A stretch of 64,000 nt of DNA, taken from contig JAKIMF020000013.1 in assembly GCA_022605425.2 (NCBI GenBank), positions 496,001 through 560,000 on the forward strand. The letters run 5' to 3'. Source of the stretch: Hamiltosporidium tvaerminnensis FI-OER-3-3 (Eukaryota; Fungi; Microsporidia). This document shows positions 48,450 through 59,439 of this stretch, one piece after another. Numbering within the stretch: the stretch's first letter is position 1; every line of letters begins with the position of its first letter. The position numbers were made by a program, and so were the translations under genes. A model generated the notes under the pieces. It had not been told where the DNA came from and made no database searches. It saw only the letters and a program-made list of their open reading frames with translations.

Positions 48450-50400
48450 CAAATTGATTACAAATTTTCTAAGTTCCTAGAATTGAGCTTTGATTAAATA
48501 AGCAGCCTTATTATTCTTTTTTGTAAACAGAACAAAAGTTTCAATTATATATATTTGACTGATTACTGTATAGTATTAACTATTATTTTTTATAGTTAAG
48601 TTAATTAATATAGGTATGTAATCTAGATAGGGATAAACAATTAATTTCTGAATCAGAATCATTCTTTCAAAAGCTGTAATACTTTATGTAATAAACCTTA
48701 TTTGTTGTGTATTCATCTAAAAATAAAAGATATATGAGTACTCTAATCAAATTAACAAGTTTCATAAATATAAAATTCTTATGAAATGTTTTACTAAACT
48801 TCAAAAAAATCGCTATTTCAAACAAATATTCGATATTTTGTATCATTAGATATTACATTTCTGGAAAAAAAATTTTATTCAACTAATTAACCAAATAGAT
48901 CTTTTTAGAAGGAAAATTCATATGTTCTTAACAATTATAATTTGTAAAAGTATTCTAAAGGTAATCAAATGAAATTTATATTTTACAATGAAACTTTTTG
49001 TTTAATTAAGAAATTTCATCTTGGGGACTTTTAACACGTCATTTTACATGTTTGATTATTTTTTAATTCATTTGAATAGATTTTTGAACTATGTATCTAT
49101 TATATGTAATATTAAAGAAATTGAAACATAATCATTACAAATCACTTCACATTTTTTAATTGTTTAATTATTTAAAACTATATAAAAAACAATGATTTTT
49201 TTTATTGGTACAATGATATGTCTGATAAACTGATTATATGATCATTCTATTTTCAGTTTATAGTTTTGATTTTTTTAATTATTTTGGAAAAATAAATATT
49301 TAGAATATAAATAATGTCTTTCGGATTGATTTTCAAACTATAGATGTTTATGTTAGGATTGAATGATATTCAAATGTATCCATATTCACTATAAAACAAG
49401 TTATATATATAATAACATGGTTTGATAAATAAGTTTACATCTTAAGATCAAAGTTATAAGTAATTAAACGTATGTATAATTATGAATATAAAATGATATA
49501 ACAAAATCCAAATTTTGTAAATAAAAATTGCGGAAACATTTTTTTCTCACATTTAACAGAAAATTAAAACAAAAGAAATAACTTAGGACAGAGTTTATAA
49601 AATAGATATCTAGTTTTTGTTTGAACTGATAAGTTTGATTTTTGATATAAATCTAAGAATAATTTGAAGAATATTAAAACATATCAATAAGTAAACAAAT
49701 ATTACTCTAAAATAACGATTTATAGAATTCATAATGTATCTAAATATTAATATTTCAACTAATTTATGGAAATTGAATGCAAAATATTTTAATATTGTCT
49801 TTTTATCTTTGCTTCGGTTTTCTAGGTTTTTTTATACAATTTTGTCACTATTTTGATTCTACCTCGGCGTTTGGACTTTCATATTTTTCTAATCAAATTA
49901 TTTGGTTCATTGGTGATGTATTATCTATATTACATATTTTATGGTATTGCCTATTTTATACTACTTTCTGCTTCTTTGTTTCCTATATATGATATATATT
50001 GTCTGATCTTGTTCTATTTAGATAAGAAAAATATTTAGTGGTTTTTTTAGTTAAAAAATAGATTTATTTGTTTTTTTTAAGTACGGAATTCAAAATTATG
50101 AATCTACAAATGCCTTGAACAAATTTCTCTGAGTCGGAATTTCTCATACTGATATAAATAAGATAGGCATATTTTTCTTCTATATGCGTTACTATTTTTA
50201 TTCTTCTGAAAAAACATATATGTCATGCGATTCTTACCAATGTAATTCTTTTATAATCAGCTTATCTTTTGTTTCACTTATAAATTTATAAAAATATTCA
50301 AAAGATATAAAATTTGATATTTTAAAACAAATTTTACTTTATTAAGAATATAAACATATTGAATTTAATTAAAGTCTATAAGAACGCTATAATCTTAGAA
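48450..50400 (+). pseudogene. Possible heavily decayed LRR-family gene
   Basis: Scattered remnants (RYFVSLDITF, CLEQISLSRN); no long ORF. Confidence 0.25.
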
Positions 50401-51086
50401 TATTTTTATAAATACTTAAATTTGCGCAACTTTTCTATAATTCTCGGATATCTATAGTTTCCTTTCTATATTTCGGTGTTTTTTCTAAAATATTTTCTTT
50501 CGATCCTTAATTTTGCCGTTGCTTCAAAAGTCATATGAAATAATAAATATATTTGAGATTTTTTTATAGATTAAATAATTTTAGATGTAGATTTAATTCT
50601 CTTGGTTCCTTATTTCATGAGTTATGCTAAGTTTATTTGGAAAATTATTTTGTCATGGCAGTATATAATTAATTTCACAAATAAAAAATATACTTTATTG
50701 CGAACTATGAGTTTTATATATTTAAATGATTATTTACTTCGTGATTAAATTTTGTCATAATATCTAAATAATTTAATCAAAGCATTTATTACTCGTAAAA
50801 AGAAATTGTGCTATCTTGTTCGCATTGGTTAGTTAAAGTGTATCATTTGGATATTTTACTTTATAAGCCTTATAGTTTTTATTAAATGAAACTAAATTAT
50901 TCTATATTATTGTCAGTCAATTATAATAAATAGACATTTTTAAAAATACTTGTTCATATAAAAACAATTTATTATTTTACTATTTTTGATATTTTCATTT
51001 GCTTTTAATATAATCAGAATCCTTTAAATATTTCCACCTATCAGAATTTTGAATATTTTTGAATTGAAATATTTCACAATAAAATT

Positions 51087-52877
51087 TCAGAGCGCTTCAA
51101 AGTAAAAAGCATATTTTTCGCTTTTTTTGATTTTGTCGAAATATTTTAACTCTGACCTATAAAATATATAAACTAAGAGAATATTAATTATCAAAACAAT
51201 AATAACAACTATTGATGTGTATATGGCATATTTAGTCAAATTTAAAAACAATTCAACTGCTATTTTAGTATTTTCTGGTTTCAAAACAAGATCCGAATTA
51301 GGAATAATTTTATTATCGATTGAATAAATATTTTTATATGATGAAGTCATGGGAAGTGATATAAATATTTCATCAACTAAAAGGTTTAAAGTTCCTAAAC
51401 CAAAAAAGACAGCTGGATGTTGTAAATGTAGAAAAGAACTTTGGGACATTTGTGTCATAATTCTAATATCAGATGTCTCGTATAATTCAAAAAAATAAGT
51501 TACACCTGGAATAGCAGAACCGTATGCTTTTTTACTTGTTTCTGGTAAAATTGTAATAGCTGATAATTTTAAATTTCCACTTCCTAGATAATTACGTGAA
51601 TATTCAAGAATGTAGGTTCCATCGTATTCTCTATTTATTACCAATCCTTCTGTTCCAATATTTTCTGGATCGGCTGAAGAGACACTCAATATTCCCTTCA
51701 TTTTATAAAGAAATGTTTCATAAGTAACGGGTCTAAATAGATTTTCTCCGAACTCTCCCGTATTCTCTAAAATTCTAAAAACATTTGAATTTAATTTTTT
51801 ATCAAAAAATGTTAAAATTAAATCGGGTCTTCCATCCATATTCAAATCTGTCACTGTAATTCCACCAGGAATATTTCCAATTTCTTTTAAGAAAGTAATT
51901 GGTATCAAATCTTTATAAAATCTTTTTAGAGGTATTCTTATATGGTATTCAGAATCCTTTTCAAATCCCCAATCCGTGGCTTTTGTACCAATATTTTCTT
52001 GCCAATCAATACATTTTTCTTTATTTTTATTTGAACAGAATTTCAGTTTTTTGTTTATTAAAATATTTAAATACCAGTTCTTGTTTTCCTCAGATATATA
52101 AGCAATATCATTCGATCCGTCTCCAACAAAATTTCCAAATACTATCGGACCAGTTTTGCCAATCAAAATTTCATTCGGCGAACGCTCATAATTCATATTA
52201 GAATTTGTAAATATAACTATTTTATTATTATCATTCTCGTTTGTAACAAATATTAAATCTGCTTTAAGGTCCCCATCTACATCCACAAAGCTACTTGAAT
52301 GGCTGAGTGATAAGTCTTCGATTTCCAAGAATTTTTCTATCTTAAAATTTTCTTTGGTTATTTTATGAAGTAATTTTATTTCTTTATTAATTTGAACAAG
52401 AAGACATGGCTGTAATTCCAAATCTGCAAATAATATGGGTATTCTTTCCGTATTTGGTAAATTATTAATCGCCTTTTCTTGAAAAAGAATTTTATTCCGA
52501 TAAAGTATTCCAGTACGAAAAATAAGTAAAAAACTTATTTTTCCAGACATATCAAAATCAGCAGGGATTATATGTTCGATTTCATCATCAAAAACTTCGC
52601 TTTGAAGTATTTTTTTATACGTATTGCTATTTCTACAGTAACTATAAACCATCATCGTTCTTTTATCCAAAGAAGTTCCAATAAAATCTGTTTTTCTCTT
52701 ATTTTCTACATCCCCGTATGCCAACAATATAAAATCTTCACATATCGTATAAGGTATACCAAATGCAGAATTAGAAGTGGTTTTAAATACATTTTTTAGT
52801 TTATCTTTCATTTTCGATAACATTCTTGTATTTATACAACATAAAAATATGAATAGCAATTTTAAAATTCGAAACAT
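51087..52877 (-). CDS. TIP/ITFG1/LINKIN-like FG-GAP repeat type-I membrane protein
   Basis: Signal peptide; PADFDMSG, VDVDGDLKADL and TDLNMDGRPDL repeats; QMSQS..LQHP..FGLG and IIPNS motifs; C-terminal TM and F.FEAL tail. Confidence 0.9.
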   Translation of the reverse strand: MFRILKLLFIFLCCINTRMLSKMKDKLKNVFKTTSNSAFGIPYTICEDFILLAYGDVENKRKTDFIGTSLDKRTMMVYSYCRNSNTYKKILQSEVFDDEIEHIIPADFDMSGKISFLLIFRTGILYRNKILFQEKAINNLPNTERIPILFADLELQPCLLVQINKEIKLLHKITKENFKIEKFLEIEDLSLSHSSSFVDVDGDLKADLIFVTNENDNNKIVIFTNSNMNYERSPNEILIGKTGPIVFGNFVGDGSNDIAYISEENKNWYLNILINKKLKFCSNKNKEKCIDWQENIGTKATDWGFEKDSEYHIRIPLKRFYKDLIPITFLKEIGNIPGGITVTDLNMDGRPDLILTFFDKKLNSNVFRILENTGEFGENLFRPVTYETFLYKMKGILSVSSADPENIGTEGLVINREYDGTYILEYSRNYLGSGNLKLSAITILPETSKKAYGSAIPGVTYFFELYETSDIRIMTQMSQSSFLHLQHPAVFFGLGTLNLLVDEIFISLPMTSSYKNIYSIDNKIIPNSDLVLKPENTKIAVELFLNLTKYAIYTSIVVIIVLIINILLVYIFYRSELKYFDKIKKSEKYAFYFEAL

Positions 52878-54039
52878 TTTTTTGTTTTTCTAAAAAGGGA
52901 ATTTATTTATTTATTTTTAGTAAACAATTTTTTGTTTTTTCTTTTTTATTGGTTTCATATCTTATCTGAACAAATAAAATTTAGTTAGAAAAGTTCTTGT
53001 TTATTTATAATTTGATAAAATTTTAATTGAATTGTTTTATTCGAGTTTTTTTTAAAAAATGTCTTATCTTTTCCAAGACAAAAAAAACATAAAAATAATT
53101 TCTTAGAATTCAAATGAAAAAATAGTTTTTGGTTTTTTTGAACTTTTCGTTGCACTACTCATATTCTACAATTTAGAGTAAATCAATTAAAACATATTTA
53201 CTATCCAATATCTGCTATTTAAATACTTATAATAATACTCCGTGACTAGTATTTAGTTTTTCTTATTTTGCAATATTTCCTCTTAATTTACAATATAATT
53301 CTGATAAAAGGATCAGAATCTTCTACATTTTTATCATTTGCCTCGAATATTGTCTAAAAAATCAATTTTAAAAGATATAATGTCATATTTTATAATATAT
53401 TCTAGATTTTTATTTATCTATAAAAAAAGTAATGCTGATATCTGAAAACATAAATATTTTAATCTTAAAATTAATTTTTTTAGAAAACTTTTTTAATTAC
53501 TATAGCTTCGTTTAAAAAAGAAGTATATATATTGAAAAATAGCTTAAAAGCCTTTCTCTTGATATTAAAATGATTTGAAACTTAAAGTCTAAAATTTTTT
53601 AATTTGCATTTGAATTCCGAATAAGAAAATATTAACGTTTAACAATTCGCTTATAAATAAAGACCAGATAAAAATATTAAAAAAAACTTTAATCTTAAAT
53701 TTATAAATTTATACTTAAAAAATAAAATTAATTAAAAAAAATAAATTTTAACAAAATTTATCTTTAAAAAAACTTATTTTGTTTAAAAATGGTTAAAATG
53801 AGACAAAGAAGATACGTCTTGTAGAAAAATATTTTGTAATTTTAATAAACTTTAAGAAAACGTATACTTTCTTCTTTGTTGAATAACGATCTTTACATTT
53901 CTATTTGTATTCATTTTATACTAAATTTAAAACAATTTTATTTTTGAAATAAAATAAAATAAAAAAGACGAATTTTCCTTTTTTGGACAAATAAAATATT
54001 CATTTATTTATCATTGTTTTGTTAAATTAGAGAAAAGCA

Positions 54040-54052
54040 AATAATCCCTATG
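54040..54052 (+). promoter_or_regulatory. Microsporidian CCC-like initiation motif (example; also at 1733, 14240, 19272, 21686, 25526, 31709, 34167, 52897, 57817)
   Basis: CCC lies 1-20 nt upstream of the ATG of most conserved genes, after an AT-rich tract; an established microsporidian promoter signal. Confidence 0.85.
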
Positions 54053-55492
54053 AATAGCGAAAGTGTTTCGATGTCTACATACATCTCAACATATTTATCT
54101 TACTTTATACTGATTATATATGGGCATATTCGGGATAGAATAGGTAAAGTTTTCTGTCCGAAAAAGTATAAAAAATTCTATCGAGAAAATGATATGGCTC
54201 CTTTATATACTGATCTAGAAAGTTTTTTTGTTCGAAGATTGTATACTAGAATAAAGGATTGTTGGAACAGACCTATAACTGGTGTACCGGGTAGAATTAT
54301 TACTGTATTAGAAAGGTTTTCGGAAGATGAAAATGAAACCTTTAAGTTTACAGGAAATAAAATGGATCTGTTAAACTTTGCATCATATAATTATTTGGGG
54401 TTTTCTACGAATGAAGGAGAAATAACTAGAGATGTTTTGGAAACCGTGGAAAAATATCCAGTAAATTTTGCTGGGCCTACAAATGATATAGGAACTAATG
54501 AAATATGCAAAGAACTTGAAAAAGAAATGGCAGATTTTTTACATAAAGAAGACTGTATTGTTTTCCCTATGGGGTTCGGTACAAATTCCTGTAATATACC
54601 TGTATTGATGAGGAGTGGTTCTCTTGTGTTTAGTGATGAGCTTAATCATACGAGTATTATCTACGGAACAAGAATGAGTGATGCCATGGTAAAAACATTT
54701 GCCCACAATAATATGAAAGATTTAGAGAGGCAGCTTAGATATCACATTTCGCAAGGACAACCCGTAACTCATAGATCCTGGAAAAGAATATTTGTAATCG
54801 TTGAAGGTTTGTATTCTATGGAAGGAACACTATTAAGGTTAAAAGAACTTGTCGAGTTGAAAAGAAAATATAAATTTTATATTTTTATTGATGAAGCACA
54901 TTCTATTGGTGCGATAGGGAAAACAGGTAGAGGTATTTGCGAATATGCAGATGTTGATTTCAATGAAATAGATTTATTGATGGGTACTTTTACTAAAAGT
55001 TTTGGTGGATTTGGTGGCTATATTGCTGCCTCAAAGAAAATAATTGATTATCTTAGAATATATAGTGATTTTTCTTTATACGGCGAACAACTTTCTCCAA
55101 TAGTTGCGGCACAAATTTTATCGGCACTTAAGTGCTTAAAATATACAGAACATGGGAAAAATGTGAGAAGAAGACTTGAAGAAAATACAATTTATTTTAG
55201 AGAAAAACTTGCAAATATGGGATTTGTTTTATTCGGAGACACTGATTCACCAGTGGTTCCTTTAATGATATATAATCCAGGTAAATTAGGAGAGTTTAGT
55301 AGATTATGTATGGAAAGAAAACTGGCTGTAGTTGTTGTTGGATATCCTGCAACGCCTGTAATCTCAAGCAGAGTCAGATTTTGTTTATCTGGTTCACATA
55401 CACACGAAGATATAGAATCCGCATTGTCTATAATCGAGTATGTCGGCAAAAAACTTGGTATGAATATTTTAAAGAAGAAAGGTTGGTTTTAA
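54050..55492 (+). CDS. LCB2: Serine palmitoyltransferase catalytic subunit LCB2
   Basis: RIKDCWNRP, SYNYLGF, SDELNHTS, DEAHSIGA, GTFTKSFG (PLP lysine), VVVGYPATP. Confidence 0.97.
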   Translation: MNSESVSMSTYISTYLSYFILIIYGHIRDRIGKVFCPKKYKKFYRENDMAPLYTDLESFFVRRLYTRIKDCWNRPITGVPGRIITVLERFSEDENETFKFTGNKMDLLNFASYNYLGFSTNEGEITRDVLETVEKYPVNFAGPTNDIGTNEICKELEKEMADFLHKEDCIVFPMGFGTNSCNIPVLMRSGSLVFSDELNHTSIIYGTRMSDAMVKTFAHNNMKDLERQLRYHISQGQPVTHRSWKRIFVIVEGLYSMEGTLLRLKELVELKRKYKFYIFIDEAHSIGAIGKTGRGICEYADVDFNEIDLLMGTFTKSFGGFGGYIAASKKIIDYLRIYSDFSLYGEQLSPIVAAQILSALKCLKYTEHGKNVRRRLEENTIYFREKLANMGFVLFGDTDSPVVPLMIYNPGKLGEFSRLCMERKLAVVVVGYPATPVISSRVRFCLSGSHTHEDIESALSIIEYVGKKLGMNILKKKGWF

Positions 55493-56934
55493 AATAAATG
55501 ATCATACTTAATATCATTTTATAAACTTACAAATTTAAATATTGGAGGAGTAATTGTTGCCAAAATATTCAATATATATACCCCAATATTTTTATTTATT
55601 TTTTTACACAGATATATTTTTTTACTTACTATTTAATATAGTTGATATCATGTGTAAATAAGAGTTTCAACCGTTCATGGTTTTATCTCTAATTTATACT
55701 ACTATTTTCTAATTTACGATTTTGATTATAGAATAAAAATTTATAGCCATTTTTATTAGGCAAAAAGTAATATTTTAATCTATTGTTTCAGATTAATATT
55801 ATTTATTAATTTTTACAACATATAACTGATATTAAGATAAAAAACTAATCAGTAATGTTTTTATTGCTTATTTTTTAAAAAATATTATTATGAATGTCAA
55901 TAATGTTTTTTTAATTTATTTTGATGATATACAAGGCATATTTAGGCTTTATGTACAAATTTAGCAATGAAATCAAATAATATCAAATTTTTAAATTACA
56001 TATTGATTAAATACAATTTATAAAGAATTATATCATTAAAAATTTTAAGATTTAGCCTTTGTATTTGGTTGTTATTGAATATTATTATTAAAAAAAATGA
56101 TTTAAATAAAAACAATTGTCTCTCACTATTTTAAATTTATAAGAATTTCTAAGGATTTAAAAAAACATGAACTTTTTGATTTTAAATTGTCTTAAATTCT
56201 ATACGAAAATAAGCCACTATTTAGGCATTGATTTTTACCTTGGTTGTTTTTATATAATACCTATTTTTATTATTTATTTGGCTTTTTATATCAGAGATTT
56301 TGTCAATTCTTAAGTCGCTGTTTTATTTGAAATTTTTTATCTAATTAAGGCTTAAAAATTTAAATATAACTAAAAATACGTTACCTGGTAGCTTAGAAGT
56401 CAAATATATTTGGTTATCTCGATACATCTAAGCCCTTCTCAAACTATGTATGTTCTTTCCTGGTATTCAACCTCTTTCGGTCTTGAATATTAAATTTGTA
56501 GGAATAAAAAGAAATATTTCGATTATGTTTTAACTAAAATATAATAAATGTGGGTCCGAGGTGTTTATTACATCTGTACTCTTTTAGGTAAATAAAAATA
56601 AGATTTTGAAATATTATGCTACCTTCTCAAAAAAAATGAAAATTCATCTTTAGATAAAATCTAATACGTTGACACCTTATTCTTACTTTCTTGGTTCTTA
56701 GTTCGAATATCAGAAAATAATCAACATTATAGAGTTAATTGTTATTTCACCATGTGTCATCTTGCCAAACTTCCGATCCACGGTAGAAAATGAAGTCTTT
56801 TTTCTGAATTTCGACATCTATTTTCATTCTGATATCTATTTTGATTTCGCGGATCAATTTTTAAGAATTTCTTAGAAAAAGTGACTACTTGTTGTGTTTT
56901 ATTATTTCATTTATATTTCGTTACAAAATTTATA

Positions 56935-57160
56935 GGGTGGAGAGAAGATAACCACATTAAAAACTATCTGGTTGGCAACAGATGCATAGAATTAATGTGA
57001 ACTTCTTTGTTGAAATTTTAATGGGGTATAATCACACCGAATCTATAGGCAAATCCCCTATATTGCGAGTTACAACATATTAAAAGAAACAAATTGAAAA
57101 CATTCATTTATTAATCTGCGACACCGAAAGGTAAAGAGTATAGGAATAAGTAAGTACAAA
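56935..57160 (+). mobile_element. Structured non-coding repeat, type-2 copy G (3' limit uncertain)
   Basis: GGTGGAGAGAAGATAACCACATTAAAAAC head shared with type 1; body (AATCCCCTATA..ATTAAAAGAAACAAAT..CGACACCG..AATAAGTAAG) shared with copy J. Confidence 0.78.
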
Positions 57161-57823
57161 AATTATAAATCATACCTGAAGCTTTTTTTTGTGTTGTTTT
57201 GCCCTAAAATTATTTAGCCTTGGCCATTTAATTATTACATACTATTCGGAATTTAGACAATTTTGGTACTTTCCTTAGCACCCTGAAATACATTTCTATG
57301 ATAGAGATAGCAGAACACTGTTTCATCACGTGATTTGGTGACTATTTTTTTCATCCATTTTTTTATTTTTCAATACTCGTTGCTTTTTTATTTATTGCAT
57401 TATATAACTTTGAATGTAATTTTATATTTTTTTACATAAATTTTCAATTTGAACTGTTTTTAATTTATCATAGGAGTATCTCTTTTCACCTTTGATTTTA
57501 GAGTTTATAATGAGATATATCAAAACAAAGTGTGTTTTGTAGATAACTTCATATATTTATTCTTTTAATTCCACTCTTCTGGTTGGTAATTCCTTATTAT
57601 TTTTAAAAAAAAAGGTTTTCCAATCAAAACCTGTAGTCCGATTCCAATTTCAGATATGTGCGGATACGAATGCAGCTTACATTTTTAAGATGCCCCTCAC
57701 TTTTGTAAACGCTGCAAGATAATTAAAAAAATTTAAATATTTCAAACTATCTTACAATTTTTTTTATACCCATTCATCAACATTTTTTTAAAAAAAAAAT
57801 AAGAAACAAGTGCAAACCCTTCG

Positions 57824-59155
57824 ATGAAATCCGGATTTCAATACAATGATCCAATAGCATTTGTATCACAGATGTCAAATAAATCACTTGAAAATTTATT
57901 AACTAATCCAATATTTAGTGTCTCTCTTCTTAAAATTTTTGATGATTACACCGTACAATTTATATTTGATCTTTTAACACAAACGGCAAATATTTTTAAA
58001 CTACCAAATACCAAAGAAGTTTCCACGACATTAAAATCCCTCAAAACAGTAAATTTAATAGAAAAAAAAGGAAAAAATATTTTTTTAAATGACATATTTA
58101 GAAAATCTTTATTAATTGGTTTCAGTACGATTGAACTCAACAATATTTTCACGGAAACCACAATTGACGAAAATAAATTTACACCAGACACTATTAATGA
58201 AATAGAAACTAATAGTACAAATAAATATAACAATCTTCTTCGATCAATAGTTGAACAACCCAAAGTCTTCCACAATGAGATTAATATCTCAAATAAATAT
58301 AACAATATACTTCGATCATCATCAGATCAACCCAAATTCTTTCAAAATGAAATAATTAAAAATTTAATTGTATTTATAGGTTTAGTAGATAAAAATAATA
58401 ATATTACCAACAAAGGATTTGAATTTTCACTTAAAACTACCAAAGAACAATTATGGATTCTTATTTTATATGGAATAAAATATATATCCAAATCACAAGA
58501 AGAAGAAGTAAATTTTATATTTTCTATATTTGAATTGAGTATGAAAAATGCAAGTAAATTTTATAAACTTGAAAAAAAATCAAATCTTTCTTCTTTTCTC
58601 AAAATACTCTATGGATTAGGATTGTGTGAAATATATGATAATAATATTATTTATCTTTGTAAATCTATAGATATTTTATTTAAATCTTATAAAGACACTA
58701 AAAATACTTTTTTAATAATTGAAACAAATTTTAAATTATATGCTTATACAAATGATAGATATCAAATATCTTTGATATCACTTTTTTCGAATATTGAAAT
58801 TATATTGCCTGGATTGGTTGTAGGTATAATTACGGAGGAAAGTCTTTCAGTTGCATTTGATAAAGGAATAACTGCACAACAAATCACACATTTTTTACAG
58901 TCGAATGCAAAAAATAATTATTTTTCTGAAACAGTAAAGGAACAGATATTTATTTGGGAAACAAAAAAAGAAAGAATTACTTCTGTAGATTCATATTTAT
59001 ATTCTGGATTTTTAAATCTATCAGATTTTCAAAAAGTATTAAATTTTTGCAAACAAAGAAATTATTTAATTGAAATGGATGAAAATAAAAGGCTAATTGT
59101 TGGTAAATTAGATGGGCATGCTGATATAAAAAATTTTATTAAAGAAAATATTTAA
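57824..59155 (+). CDS. TFB2: TFIIH subunit Tfb2/p52
   Basis: ITNKGFEF..QLW, LIIETNFKLYAYT, PGLVVGIITEES..AFDKGITAQQI, V.EQIFIWE..R and LYSGF motifs. Confidence 0.95.
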   Translation: MKSGFQYNDPIAFVSQMSNKSLENLLTNPIFSVSLLKIFDDYTVQFIFDLLTQTANIFKLPNTKEVSTTLKSLKTVNLIEKKGKNIFLNDIFRKSLLIGFSTIELNNIFTETTIDENKFTPDTINEIETNSTNKYNNLLRSIVEQPKVFHNEINISNKYNNILRSSSDQPKFFQNEIIKNLIVFIGLVDKNNNITNKGFEFSLKTTKEQLWILILYGIKYISKSQEEEVNFIFSIFELSMKNASKFYKLEKKSNLSSFLKILYGLGLCEIYDNNIIYLCKSIDILFKSYKDTKNTFLIIETNFKLYAYTNDRYQISLISLFSNIEIILPGLVVGIITEESLSVAFDKGITAQQITHFLQSNAKNNYFSETVKEQIFIWETKKERITSVDSYLYSGFLNLSDFQKVLNFCKQRNYLIEMDENKRLIVGKLDGHADIKNFIKENI

Positions 59156-59259
59156 GATTAAAAGACTAATTGTTGGTAAATTTAGAGGGACACGCTGATG
59201 TAAAAAATTTTATTAAAGAAAATATTTAAGATTAAAAGAACAAATTGTTGGTAAATTTG
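59093..59259. repeat. 73-75-bp tandem duplication spanning the TFB2 stop codon
   Basis: AATTGTTGGTAAATT repeated, with TGGT at 59101, 59174 and 59249. Confidence 0.92.
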
Positions 59260-59439
59260 AACTTTCAAATAATTTACTATAATCTATCTTAGAAACATAT
59301 AAGTGTATAAGTTTAAATAAAAAAAAATACGAATTAATATTTTCTGATTGGTATCCTATATCCCACCTCATTATAATTCTATTACCTTCATATTATATTT
59401 TTAAGTTTTTAAAAATTATTAATTAATTTTTTTTTATTT

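Noticed and set aside
57600-57720. GC-richer patch upstream of TFB2 (snRNA or zinc-knuckle relic CSVYKSEGHLKNVSC)
   Set aside because: No U-snRNA signature found, and the knuckle lacks its second Cys and any ORF context.
15391-58305. Numerous 60-170-aa antisense or overlapping ORFs within real genes (e.g. 15391, 18111, 22303, 28902, 34770, 55192, 57946)
   Set aside because: Shadow ORFs of well-supported genes, with F/I/L/S-rich composition and no motifs.
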